Assembly (NCBI GenBank): GCA_037447605.1 | Contig: CM074813.1 | Span: 2,852,001 to 2,916,000 of the forward strand | Direction: 5' to 3' | From: Zygnema circumcarinatum SAG 698-1b | Lineage: Eukaryota > Plantae > Zygnematophyceae | DNA: 64,000 nt | Shown here: one piece after another, positions 40,443 through 51,507 of the stretch | How the letters are laid out: every line of letters starts with the position of its first letter | Position numbering within the stretch: the first letter of the stretch is position 1 | The notes under the pieces: model-generated | The model's input: the letters and a program-made list of their open reading frames with translations, nothing else | Database searches by the model: none | What the model was told of the DNA's origin: nothing | Program-made: the position numbers and the translations under genes

Positions 40443-41192
40443 CCGGGGTGGGTTGGTAAACCGTAACAGCTTGTTTTGTCAAACACGGGACACGCAAGAT
40501 TTGGAATGGTTCGGTTGACAACGCCCGAAACGGTTATGGTGTTGGTCAAATTAATCACAGCTCCAACATACCAGGCTAAAAAAAGAATTTAATGAAAATG
40601 GGGTATAGTTGCCACGAGTCTGACGTTGCAACGTCGCGCGTCCGGATTTGTTGTGCTTTTCGTTGGATCGAATGCGCAGAAAATGGGGTATATCGCGTAA
40701 CCATTCAGTCATTGCCAACTGTCGTTTTCTACGTACGACAGCGTTCGATTTGAATGTTTTATGTGACCTACGGATTCGATTAGGTTGTCAAAGATGAATT
40801 TAAAGAAAATGGGGTATAGTTGCCGCAAGTCTGACGTTGCCACGTCGCGCGACCTGATTGGTTGTACGTTTCATTGAATTGAATGCGCAGAAAATGGGAT
40901 ATATCGCGTACCCATTCAGCTTATGTGTTCGATCAGTTTCCGTTTCAGTTCACTTCACATAATTAAGGTTCGAAGACATTTCTATAAAAGGGCAACGCAC
41001 GAGGATCTTGATCCGCAGCCTGTTATTTTTTTGAGAACCTTTTTTATCACTCTTTACATTATTTATAGATGGAGAAAATTACCTTTCTTAACCCCTCACC
41101 CCCACCGGCCCCAATCCCATGCTTGCACAAAAACTCACAAAAAAAAACAAAAACCACCCAATTGCAACGCGCCACATAAGCGCCTCTTTCCA

Positions 41193-41211
41193 CGTGGCGC
41201 GTCGCCATTGG
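41193..41211 (-). promoter_or_regulatory. ERSE-type composite CCAAT-N9-CCACG upstream of the lumen-protein gene
   Basis: CGTGG-cgcgtcgcc-ATTGG, with a 1-mismatch copy CCAAT-N9-CCACA at ~41158-41176. Confidence 0.55.
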
Positions 41212-41767
41212 CGCCCAGGGCTCACTTGGGAAGGCCCTCGGCCCTTGGGCCCCCCCCCCGCCCCCTCACGGCCCGCGGCCCGCCCTTAGGAAAAAGACAT
41301 GGCTGAAATTCATCGCGCCCTGCGGCCCTGGACTCCGACCCGGTCCAGCCCCTTCTGCTGTATCTCTGGGCGGCCCCTGCTGCCAGCCATGGCGCCCGCC
41401 CTGCCTCTGTGTCAGAAGTCACCAATTTTCAAACAGGCCCTTAGCGTCTGTAGGCTAGGCCCTCAGCAAAGGGAAGCTGTAGTAGGTGGTTTTTCAAACC
41501 AAGTTGGGAAACCAAGTTTTGGAGACGAGCCTGGCGGTCCCTTGGTGAGGAGCTTGGGTGTTGTCAGAGAGGAGAGCAGTCGGGGAAGGTTAGGGTGACG
41601 ACGAAGACAACTCAGCCTTCATTTGATGAAGGAGAGGGGGCTGTAGTGCACAGGGGAGTCTCGGGCTTGACGAATCTTAAACGGGAAGCAAATTGTTGTT
41701 GTTTAGCAACTTCAATACCTTCACTTCTGTATATCGATTCTTTTAGTCAAACGAATATTTTTCTGGA

Positions 41768-43303
41768 ATGGCATCAGCTGCTACTGGTTCTTTTCGCCAC
41801 TTCTCAGTTGATAAGTACAGAGACAGCGCCTGCACATCACGCAAACATTCGCAATCAAGAGCTGTTGTTGAGCAGAATCTCAATTTCCAACCAAATGGTC
41901 GACTTCGCTCAGTCCCAAACCTCAGAACCTTGGCGCCTACTAACCGCTCTCCAGTCCCGCAGAAATTGTCTCTGCAAAAAAAATGTTTTAATGGCAGGCT
42001 GCATTGCACAGCTCGTTTCCAAGGGAATGAAGGAGGTAAGGAGTCGGTAGAAGTGGATGAAGACGATTCAGATTCTGCCAAGGTATCAACTTTGGAAGCT
42101 TCGAAAGCTATTGGAGGTACTCGCAAGTGTGAGACGGCTGCTGACGGCGTTTCCAGGCGGCTTGTTGTTGGAGCAACTGCAATTTCTGCACAAGCGGTTT
42201 CACTATTTTACTTTGTTGAACGCGCTCAAGCGAATACAATTTTTGACGTGTTTTCAGGTAGGTGTGGGTGTGTAGCCCTTCGTCAGTCTATGGGGTACGA
42301 GAACTGTGACTGGAAATGGCTGAATGCAGACATAGTTGTGATGAACTGGATGTCTTATGTATAGGGTCAGGTTAAGGTTCCTGAGATTTGACTGATCGAT
42401 TCCTGTGTCTCATCGAACATTTTGGTTTGGTTCTTGGCCTGCAGCTGTTGCTGAGAAAATGAAACTGCTTGTTTTTTGTATAAGCAAGTACTTCAGAATG
42501 TCATCGTGTTTTTTGCTTTGGATTAGTATGAGACCTAGCACTATCTGCTTCGGTCGTTAACCATACACATTCATGTAATGTTGTGAGCATTACTTCTCTA
42601 CATGTGGAGCTGCTTCATCATTGCTTCAACATCGGGTACCTTTGCAGGACTTGGAAAACAGCTGCATCTGGATGGCGGACGGGAGGCAAGGAGAGAAGAG
42701 TTGAAGCGGAAGGAAGAAGCTGAGGCTGCTCGAATCAAAGCGGAGGAAGAAGAGTCAGTTAAAATTAAAGCAGAAGAAGAGGCTGCTAAAGTTAAGGAGA
42801 TGGAGGAAGAGGCTGCCAGAATCAAATTAGAGGAAGAAGAGGCAGCCAAGAAGAAGGCCGAGGAGGTAAAGGCCGCTCAAATCAAGGCGGAAGAAGAGGC
42901 TGCAAAGAAGAAGGCTGAGGAAGAGGAGGCCGCTCGAGTGAAGGCGGAAGAAGAGGCTGCAAAGAAGAAGGCTGAGGAAGAGGAGGCCGCTCGAGTCAAG
43001 GCGGAAGAAGAGGCTGCAAAGAAGAAGGCTGAGGAAGAGGAAGCTGCTCGAGTCAACGCAGAGGAGGAAGCAGCCAAGGAGAAGACGGAGGAGGAAGAGG
43101 CTGCCAAGGAGGTGGAGGGAGGAGAGGCTGCGAGCATTAAGGCGGAGGAGGACGCCGCGGTAGTCGAGGAACTTCCTGTTGAGCCTACAGTGGTGGAGGA
43201 GGAGCTTACCGTTGAGATTATGGTAGAGGATGAGGCACCTACTGCTGCTCCCAAGGTGGATGAGGTTGAAATTATTGTGTTGGAGGTAGAAGAGCCTCTG
43301 TGA
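41768..43303 (+). CDS. Uncharacterised plastid (probably thylakoid-lumen) protein with Glu/Ala/Lys coiled-coil repeats, ~381 aa; exons 41768-42257, 42648-43303
   Basis: Ser/Arg-rich transit-peptide-like N-terminus, then VSRRLVVGATAISAQAVSLFYFVERAQA (twin-Arg, hydrophobic core, AxA). In-frame GT-AG intron. 57-bp (19-aa) KKKAEEEEAARVKAEEEAA repeats. Confidence 0.7.
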
Positions 43304-44381
43304 ATAGACGATTAAGCTGTTGCTACCGAGCCAAAATCAGAAGTAATAGTGCAAGTGGTAGAAGTAGCTGAGTCACTTTTTGCCGATTAAAGGGAACAAG
43401 TCAGTTAGAACAAGCGGCTTCAAACATTGCAACACTGGAAGGTGCCACGTTTGGCGATTTTGAGGAGGATTCTTGAGGTGCTAGGAAAGATAGCAGCTGC
43501 AGGGATAGGAGGTTTCAGACTTACAGTAGAGAGTGGAGTTCAGAACTCCACTTATGCGGAAATCCCGTTCCGTGGCAACTAAGAGTGGTGGTTAAACTAG
43601 AATTTCAAACAAATCTTGGAACACAATGATTCAAGAATTATTCCTGAACTGTTCTGGTCTGTAAGGGGCAGATTTAACCGGTTTACTTGGATCCTGTCCT
43701 ATTGAAGCCAATTTTGGCAGAGGTTACAGTTTCTTCCGTAGTCTCGACCGGGTCTTGATGCAGTTTTCTCCAAAAAAGAGTTGGAAAGCAAGCTGTAATC
43801 ATGATAAGGCATGTTTTATGTTGCAAAAATCACATTTCAGGCATGTGAACAAATTGGACAGAGTTTTCCTTTTCATTCAGATGCTGTTGGACCTTCCAAG
43901 GAACGGAGCGAACGGTATACTGTGATCCTTGACCTAAAACTGGAACCTCTCCAGTTCTTCTGGCCAGCTTTGAACCCTCCAACGGAATGTTTCCTGTGAC
44001 ACTGTGGTTGGTTGGAGTGACATTGCCTTGATGTTCAAATTCCAACCCTAAATTAGCCCCCTGTCTACTGTACCAATGGCTCGTGGGAAGCCCTAGCCAG
44101 AGACTTAATGACTTACTAAAGAACGAGTAACCAAGCGTTAGCAAACAGCTGGCTCGGTTTTGTAATGTCAATTTACTCTTTACTGTCTCTCTAAACCACA
44201 TACTTTTAGTACGTCAGATCTTTTTAGTTAGCTAATCAATCCGGCTAGAAATGAATTGGTTATTAAGAACTTATGTACATGAAAATTGGTCAATTGCTGA
44301 ACCGACGTTAGAGGGCAGCACGTAACAAACAGAGCCGATTCGGTTACCAGTAATGATTCAAAGCTTTGTTCCTTTGCTTAA

Positions 44382-44703
44382 GTCCTTTGCGACCAGTCCC
44401 TCGTGGTTCCACATGCTGCTTTTGTCCATATACATTTGATGGCCTCGCCATCGTGAGTTCAATGCCATTTTCTCCCCTTTGTTCCTGTTGGTTGCAGCAT
44501 TTGCATGGTCTATTTGCAGAATACTCCTGATCATCCTTTGCGGAACAAAAAATTTACTTTTTTGGTTTTCTATCATTAATCTTAGCACACTTCGTCGCAC
44601 ACTTCACAGGTACAAACTTTCATTGAACTCGCGATGGCGAGGCCATCAAATTTACATGGATAAAGGCAAAATGTGGAACCACGAAGGACTGGTCACAAAG
44701 GAC
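44382..44703. repeat. 83-bp inverted repeat (44382-44464 / 44621-44703) around a 156-nt spacer
   Basis: Arms align without gaps, with 9 mismatches. Confidence 0.9.
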
Positions 44704-44907
44704 CGAAACACAATAAAACGAAGCTAGGAGCGGAAAACTACGCCTAGGCACAACAACGCAGCCCTAGAAGCAGCCGCGAAGGTCACCGATGTGAGGCACG
44801 TCGCGAGGAGGGAGCGGCGGAAGTCCACCAACACGGTCACCAACAACTGCAGCACAGGTCGTTTGTTGCATTTCTGACCCTATTCTGTATTTGAACTAAT
44901 ACCGTCC

Positions 44908-44916
44908 AAAAGAAAA
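44908..44916 (-). terminator. Pol III oligo-T terminator of tRNA-Leu
   Basis: TTTTCTTTT on the minus strand, 8 nt after the tRNA 3' end. Confidence 0.7.
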
Positions 44917-44923
44917 CACCATA

Positions 44924-45004
44924 TGTCAGAAATGGGATTTGAACCCATGCCCTTTCGGACCAGTACCTGAAACTGGCGCCTTAGACCAACTCGGCCATTC
45001 TGAC
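44924..45004 (-). tRNA. tRNA-Leu-CAG: tRNA-Leu(CAG)
   Basis: GTCAGAATGGCCGAGTTGGTCTAAGGCGCCAGTTTCAGGTACTGGTCCGAAAGGGCATGGGTTCAAATCCCATTTCTGACA: full cloverleaf, anticodon stem CCAGT/ACTGG, long variable arm, A- and B-boxes. Confidence 0.97.
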
Positions 45005-45096
45005 ATGTCTGTATTTCTATCCGTAATAACAATTTATTATCATATTATTAAACCCTACAACCCCAAGCATCCTATTGAGGGGGAGAAGCGGCGGTC

Positions 45097-46476
45097 ATGT
45101 CAACTGGCGGCCGAGAGAGGGAGGCGGAGAGGGAGTGGGAGGGGGAGGGAGAGGGGGAAAGAGACGCGGAAGCAGGCAACGTCAGCGATGGCGAGGATGT
45201 CGACGAGCAGTATGTCGTGCTGGAGCTTGGCCCGCCAGAAGCCATGCGGAAGGCGCTCAGTGATGGAGCCTTCTCTCTCACCGTATGTTGCGCGCCGACT
45301 CGGGCTGCCTGCCTCTTAGCTTTTGAAATTTTAGGGTTGTATGCCGTTAAGTTTTGTGAGGAACATTTAAGGGTTCAGGATTCGCTAAGGGTTCCAGGAG
45401 TTCCCCTTCTAGTCGTGGCAACTAGAAGGGTTCAGGGAATTTTTGAAGGTCAATTCGATGTAACTTTTTTGAAAGAAATAAGGGAAAACTGTTGAAGGTT
45501 TCGATAGAGTGAGAAAGTTTTAAAGGGGAGAGCTCAGAGGAGCGGTTTTTTTTTTTTTGGGCAGGGATTGGAAACGGATGCTCCGATACTGACTTTGCCG
45601 AATGGCGTTAAGCTGGTAAGTGCTAAACTGATCAAGTTTAAAACTTTCCAATATAACCATTATTTTCAACTTCAAAAAATCTAATTTGGAATTATAACTG
45701 TATAAGTATGTACATCCTTTCCCTTTTTTTTGGGATTGTTTTGCTGTGGCTAGGCCTCCTTTGTACGAAGCAGTTTTGAATTGATTGAAGCTGGAAAGAG
45801 TCATTTCCTGGAAGCTGCAAAAAATCCTAAAAATGCGAAAATGTTGTTTTTTTTTTTTGATTTTCTTATGTAAATGTAAGGAGTTGTGCTGAATTGATCC
45901 TGTTGGAATGATGGGCTGCAGATTGGGGAATATGAAGAGGTTCCGGGGACCATCTTGCTTCTTGAAGAAGAGGAAGGTGGGAGCGTGAGGGGCTGGCAGA
46001 GGGGAGGGAGGGAGTCAGAGCGAGGGAGAGGCGAAGGAAGAGAGGAGGGAAGGGGAGGGAGGGAGAGGTGCGAGGTGGGAGTGAAGGAAGAGAGTGAGGG
46101 AGGGCGGGAGTCGGAGAGGGAGGGAAGGGAAAGGGTGAGCGAAGAGTAGGGAGAGATGTGTAAGAGGATGGTGCGAAGTAATGTGTGGCTTTCCGATACT
46201 CAGTTCTTTGATTCCTTGCTTACATCTACCTTTCTCGTACCTTTCTCGTACCTTTCTCTTTCTGCTTCTACTTTTCTGTTTTCGCTTGTGACAGAAGAGA
46301 CAAAAACTGTGGGAATCCAAGGGATTCCAGAAAGTGGCTTTGGCACCTCTGGTGATCGGACGGATGGAAGCTCGGAGCCGCCGTTAAAGAAAGTAAAATA
46401 TATCGGCAAAACAACATTGAAACTCAAATTTGTTCCATTCGACGGGGCGATGAATAAAAGGAAGCATGGAGGGTAA
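45097..46476 (+). CDS. GTF3C6: TFIIIC subunit 6-like protein (GTF3C6/tau55 C-terminal-type domain), ~157 aa; exons 45097-45282, 45565-45615, 45922-45976, 46295-46476
   Basis: EQYVVLEL ... SLTGLETDAPILTLPNGVKLIGEYEEVPGTILLLEE ... VKYIGKTTLKLKF follows the TFIIIC_sub6 pattern (human EQLVLVEL...LGIDTERPILQV...FAGEYEDTLGTCVIFEE). Junctions are in frame. Confidence 0.82.
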
Positions 46477-46659
46477 TGGCCGTTCGTGTGTAATGTTGAA
46501 ATGGTAAGCTATTTGATGTGATGAAATGTTAGGGCCTTCTCGCAGTACGTTTAGTTCGAGTGGTTGAGCGAGGGAGAGTGGAGAAAATGGAGACGAAGGG
46601 AGGGAGATTGTGTGAAGGTGCGAAAAGGAGAGGGTGAGGCAGCGAGAGGATTCGACCCC

Positions 46660-46746
46660 TTTCAAATGATGAGATTCAATGGATATGAACAGAGCGGATG
46701 GTGAATACCGTCTGCTGTGGTGGCTCCAAGGGATTTATCTGATGAA
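46660..46746 (+). ncRNA. Box C/D snoRNA with two 18S rRNA guides
   Basis: C box ATGATGA 46666-72, D' ATGA 46685-88, C' ATGGTGA 46698-704, D CTGA 46739-42, terminal stem TTCA/TGAA. Guide AAGGGATTTA pairs with plant 18S TAAATCCCTT, and TTCAATGGAT with 18S ATCCATTGGA (18S sequence recalled, not searched). Confidence 0.75.
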
Positions 46747-47130
46747 GAGGAAGTTGAATTATTGGGACAGAGAGGGGAGGATAGGGAGAGAAGAATGGGA
46801 GGGAGGGGGAGAGAGAGAGAGAGAGAAATAGAGAGAGAGTGATAGAGAGGGAGGGGAGGGAGAGGGAGAGGGAGAGGGAGAGGGACAGGGAGAGGGCGAG
46901 GGCGAGGGAGAGGGGGAGGGGAGGTGAAAGGAGGGGAGGGGGAGGGAGGGAGGGAGGGAGGGGGAGAGGCCGAGGGAGAAGGAGAGGGAGCTTTGTGAAC
47001 TTATGAAGTTGAAGTGAGTCTTCTATGCATAATATAGTTGATGCGCTTCAAAGCTTAGGGTTTCAGGGTACTACGTCTTTTAATTTCTTCTTTGGTCTGT
47101 TTTTATATTTTTCAGGCAAATAGTACGACG

Positions 47131-47204
47131 GTGACGAAATGTCAGAGGGAAATGGTAGTGACCCGACCATATGTACAAAGTTACTGTTTTGCATTACCGC
47201 CAGA
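47131..47204 (+). ncRNA. Weak second box C/D snoRNA candidate (snR77/snoR77Y-like)
   Basis: Variant C box GTGACGA, variant D box CAGA, 8-nt guide ATTACCGC complementary to 18S GCGGTAAT. No terminal stem, and it overlaps a possible AG/GT-bounded exon (47116-47209). Confidence 0.3.
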
Positions 47205-48001
47205 TAAAGGTGAGTTTAATTGTTAACCTTCAATGGCAGGCCTGTACAAACCTTCGAACCCCAAAATTTAAACCTGAAGCTCTCAACCTCAACCTTGAAT
47301 GCCCCAAAGGATATATGGTGGAGTGCTAATGCTTTTGATTGACATTTTAACGCAATGTGCAGAACCTAGGATCTCTAGATAGCAGCTGAGGAGAGGCCTT
47401 CAGAACCCTACAAGGGAGAGGGAGGGGGAAGAAGGGAGGGAGAGGGAGAGGTAGGTCGAGAGGTACGTAGAGAGGTAAGGAGGTAGGAGAAGGGGAAGAG
47501 GGGGGAGGGGGGGAAGAGGGGAGGAATGGAGAGGGGAGGGAGGGGGGAGGGAGACCAGAAAAGAAGAGAGAGTTCATAGCATTAACCATGGAAATTGGGA
47601 CTCAAAGCACCCAAAAAATTGTTGAGGCTAGAACTGCAAATGTTTCGAGTATTAGAAACTCGATTAACCCACAAACTCTTGGTACAATGGAGTCAGTACT
47701 CAGTAAGATAATTTTCCTTCCATTGAGCTCCAACTTCAAAAAGCCTAATTCTAGCTCCTTAACCCTAAACCTCCAACCTCGAACCTCTAGGAGACGCCCT
47801 TTTCGAATATGAAGCTCCTAAAATACATTTCATCATCGTCTTATGTCGACAAATGATGAGACCAGACACATATCTCACTCTCGTCTCCTCCAATCCTTAT
47901 GTTCTTGTGACATTCCCTCTTCTTTCCCCCCCCCCCACCCCTTCCCTCTCTCCTTTCGTCTCCCCCTCTATCTCTCAGTCCTACTTCTCTACCTCCCTCC
48001 C

Positions 48002-48572
48002 TTACTCTGGTTCACTAATCTTAGTTGGCACCGGGGACATGGTCGGTCGCTTAAATGATCGGCCGTGAATATTCTTCTTCTCCCTCTCACCATCCGGCTT
48101 GGCCCTATTTAGCACCTGACAGGCAAAAAAAAAAAATTGAACAAAAAGCTGATCACTTTGAAGCTCTGTAAGCTTGAATTATGAACATGTATAAAAAGGA
48201 AGAAGACAGATACAGACAAGACCATGTTTTGGCAAGTCCGCCAGAGAGAGAGAGATTGGGAAACAGGAGAGCAACGAAAAGAGATAGAGGGAGAGGGAAG
48301 AGTTTTAAGATAGGCGAAGAGAGTATATGGAGAGAAGGTGATCCATGAGAGAAGGGAGGGGTAAGAAGAGGAAGAGAGAGAGAGAGAGGGATGGGGAGGG
48401 AGAGGGAGGAGGGGGGGAAGGGGGAGACACCTGAATGAGAGAATCTACACGCCGCCTCATTCGAGTGTGCATGAAGGCCTTCGAGCACTGTCACACCCAG
48501 TGAAGGAGGGAAAGGAGAGAGGGGTGAGACAGTGCATTGAGAGCCCTGTCCAAACCTGTACGCTAGTGCGCT

Positions 48573-48616
<44 letters not shown>

Positions 48617-51507
48617 CGAGAGAGAGAGAGCGAGAGAGAGAGAGAGCAGTAACGAGGATAGAGAAGCGTTAGTGGAAGGAGAAGTGAATGAGCCACAATT
48701 CTTTTTCTTAAAAAAAGGGGCGGGGGGAATGGGAGGCGGGGAAGTTTGACAGAAGTCCACCCTGTCCCCCTTGCCTCCGTAAAAGCACACAAACATAAAC
48801 TAAGCAACTCCAGAATGCTCACTCCAAGAAAATAAGGTTTCCCGAATGTGGGTACAATCGAGGTACATCTAACGGATCTCACCTTAATGTGGTAGCTCAC
48901 GTATGCATAAAATGTCGATAAAATCCAAGCGACCTTTTCCAGCCGGGGCCCCTCCACATGCCGTGGAAAGACAACTGTGATCCAAAACCCCCAAAATGAA
49001 AAACTTCAAAGTGCTTGACGAAAACCTCAGTAAAGTTTGACTGGAAATTTGACTAAAACTGTTACTAGAACAGAAAGAACATTACAGGATAACATTCAAG
49101 CTCCGGTTAGAAAAAACCTACCTTGAACGATGAAATACACGAAAACTAAACACTTGAAAAGCACGAACTTGCAAGAACAAAAAAACGTTGGAAAGCCAAA
49201 AACTCCCAACAAAAACTGCGATAAACTATCAAAGTTGCAAACGAGAATATTACCAAAGGACACAAAGCCGGCGTTAGCATCAAGGGCGTGTGCAGGTGCT
49301 CCTTTTAGTTCCAAAGGAGGAGTAGCTGAGTATGAACAAGGAGGAGCTGCACTGAGAATTCCTGCTCGCCTTGCTTCCATGAATTCCTGCTTCCTCCCAA
49401 AAAAAAAAAAACAAAAAAAAGCTTGTAGAAACGAGGTAATCCTTCCTATCAATCTCTCTCTCATTCTCTCTCTGCTCTCTCGCTCTCCCCCCGCCCCCCC
49501 CCCTTTCGCACTTTGTCTCTTTGTTTCAGTTTCTTCACTCAGCCACTTTTTCCTCTCACTCTCAATCCGTCCCTGTGGCTCTCCCTTATGGTCCACATTC
49601 GCTCGCGCTTTTCCCTACCTTCCAAATCTCTCCCTTCCTCCCAATCCTACAATTTCCCACAGCTTCATCCCCTGTTTCCTCTCCATTCATTGCCCTTATT
49701 CTAAAATGGGTTCTTTCTTCTCAGCTCCCTTTCCCTACTTGCCTCTCCTATCTTCTCTCCAAAAGGAATCACCCTGTCCTTCCTCTTTCTCACTCACTCT
49801 TTCCCTCTCCCACACACATAAGAGTCCAGGTCCTTACTATGGTACTTGGTGGAAAGTGTGCATTGTACAGTATGCTGGCGACAAACCTGCAAGAATGATG
49901 TCGCCAGCACTGCAACATTTGGGTCCTTGAAACGCATGGGGTATACCACTGTCACCTTTTCAGCCTGCATCACATGTACAACTCACAATGCCTTTCAATG
50001 CATTGACTGCACACGCATACACTCCTATTTGAATCCTTTGTCCTCCTTGCTTCTCCACATTTCCACAAATAACTCCTTTACCACCAAACCTAACAACCAT
50101 GCAAACTCATCCCTTCTCCCCTCCTGTACTTCACCTGCGGAATGACAAAGTATGACTCCTGTGGACGGTGCGTCACTGCAGTGAGTGCGTCCGCATCATC
50201 CGACATCCTTCCTTTTGCAAGTTCTCTCAAAATTTCACGGAGGGGAGCACCCAGCACAACAGACCTCAGAGAGGAAAGTTTTGCAGCCAGAGCCACCTGC
50301 ACCTCTGCAGCAAAATACAATGAAAAAAACACAGTAAGGGCCATAAAACCCTAAAAATCGAAGTTTCGCTTTCGCTTCTAACCCAAAAACTTCGAAAAAT
50401 TCCTTAAGAGATATCAAACATACGAAACTGCTACCTGCAAGATGTCCAAATTTCCACAAAGAGCTTATGGTTGGATCTTGAAGTTAACCTTCCACAGGAG
50501 AAATTTTTTCTAGTTCAATCGCCAAGGTCAAATGGTAGCCGCTTTCCGGAGGATTCACAACTTGAACAGCCGCTCCATACGTGTTGTGAACGGCCTCGAT
50601 GGCGCCAAGTGGCAGCTCCCCATTCGTTACCACTTCTGGCGGAGCTTGCGGGAGGACCATAGAGATGAATACTCGAGATGTATCGCTGGCAGCAGCCTGC
50701 ACAGATTGAGGGAGGGAGGGAGGGAGGGAGGGAGGGAGGGAGGGAGGGAGGGAGGGAGGGAGGCCAGAAAACTGTTTGTTCGGGGATGGAAGGGGGCCTT
50801 CCCTCAAGCTTATTCAATTCCATTCCTCAAAGCCAACAATAAAAACACTCCAATTTCAGTCCTCCGATATAAGCCAATAAATACATACTCGAGTGACACA
50901 TATACTACTAGAGGGAAAAATAAAGACAGGGAAAAGGAGAAGGATGTGAGATAAAGATGAAAGTGAGAAAAGGTAGAACAGTAAGACAGATATGAAGGTT
51001 GGGACTCGGACAGAACGGGAAGGTAAGCGAGAGCAAGTATGAAGAGAAGGAAAGAGGTGAACCATGAAGTTCAGAGGAGAAGAGAAGATAGAACGTGCAG
51101 ACATGGAGGATGGAGAGCAAGGAAGGCGAGAAAGTTGTAAGCGGGTGTGGATAAACGGTGGAGAGTAAAGGGGGGAATGAGAGAGGGGTAGATTGAGAGG
51201 GAGAGGGGGGGGACGAGACCCACTTGAATACGATATCGCACATCATCGAATTCCACGAGTTGAACATCCAACTCCGCTGACTTGTCCGCCCTAAGGAAAG
51301 CACATGAATGTGTGTAAGTGTGAGAGAGTGCGGAGCGAAGGAACCGAAAAAAAAAAAAAAGAACATAGTCAGAAACGTGCCAATTGTAGAGCTTGCGACG
51401 TTGACTCGAGGAAGTATGCACGAATTTAGGGTTTAAAAATGGTACCCGCGAAAACGTGCCAGTAGAGTATCCTTCACCATGCGGTTGTCGATGTCAAAAA
51501 TAATCAT
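48002..51507 (-). CDS. ARPC2: Arp2/3 complex subunit 2 (p34-Arc), 326 aa; exons 51507-51446, 51290-51224, 50696-50489, 50304-50135, 49964-49887, 49386-49254, 48974-48883, 48487-48431, 48115-48002
   Basis: MIIFDIDNRMVKDTLLARF, VEFDDVRYRIQ, LPLGAIEA, LRSVVLGAPL, HRPQESYFVIPQ, VYPMRFKD, SFLQEFMEARR, ANAGFVSFVVFPRHV, YAYVSYHIKCSKAFMHTRMRRRV, VLNRAKP. Confidence 0.95.

Noticed and set aside
44382-44703. Conserved peptide LNSRWRGHQxYMDK...WNHEGLV in the inverted-repeat arms
   Set aside because: Only 4 of 9 substitutions are silent and the third copy has frameshifts; not evidence of coding.
47830-47860. ATGATGA motifs suggesting another snoRNA
   Set aside because: The two motifs form a small hairpin (TCATCAT/ATGATGA), with no D box at a suitable distance on either strand.
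51362-51420. Cryptic alternative first exon of ARPC2 (AYFLESTSQALQLARF)
   Set aside because: No ATG, an in-frame stop, and only an 11-nt echo (TGGCACGTTT) of the true exon 1.
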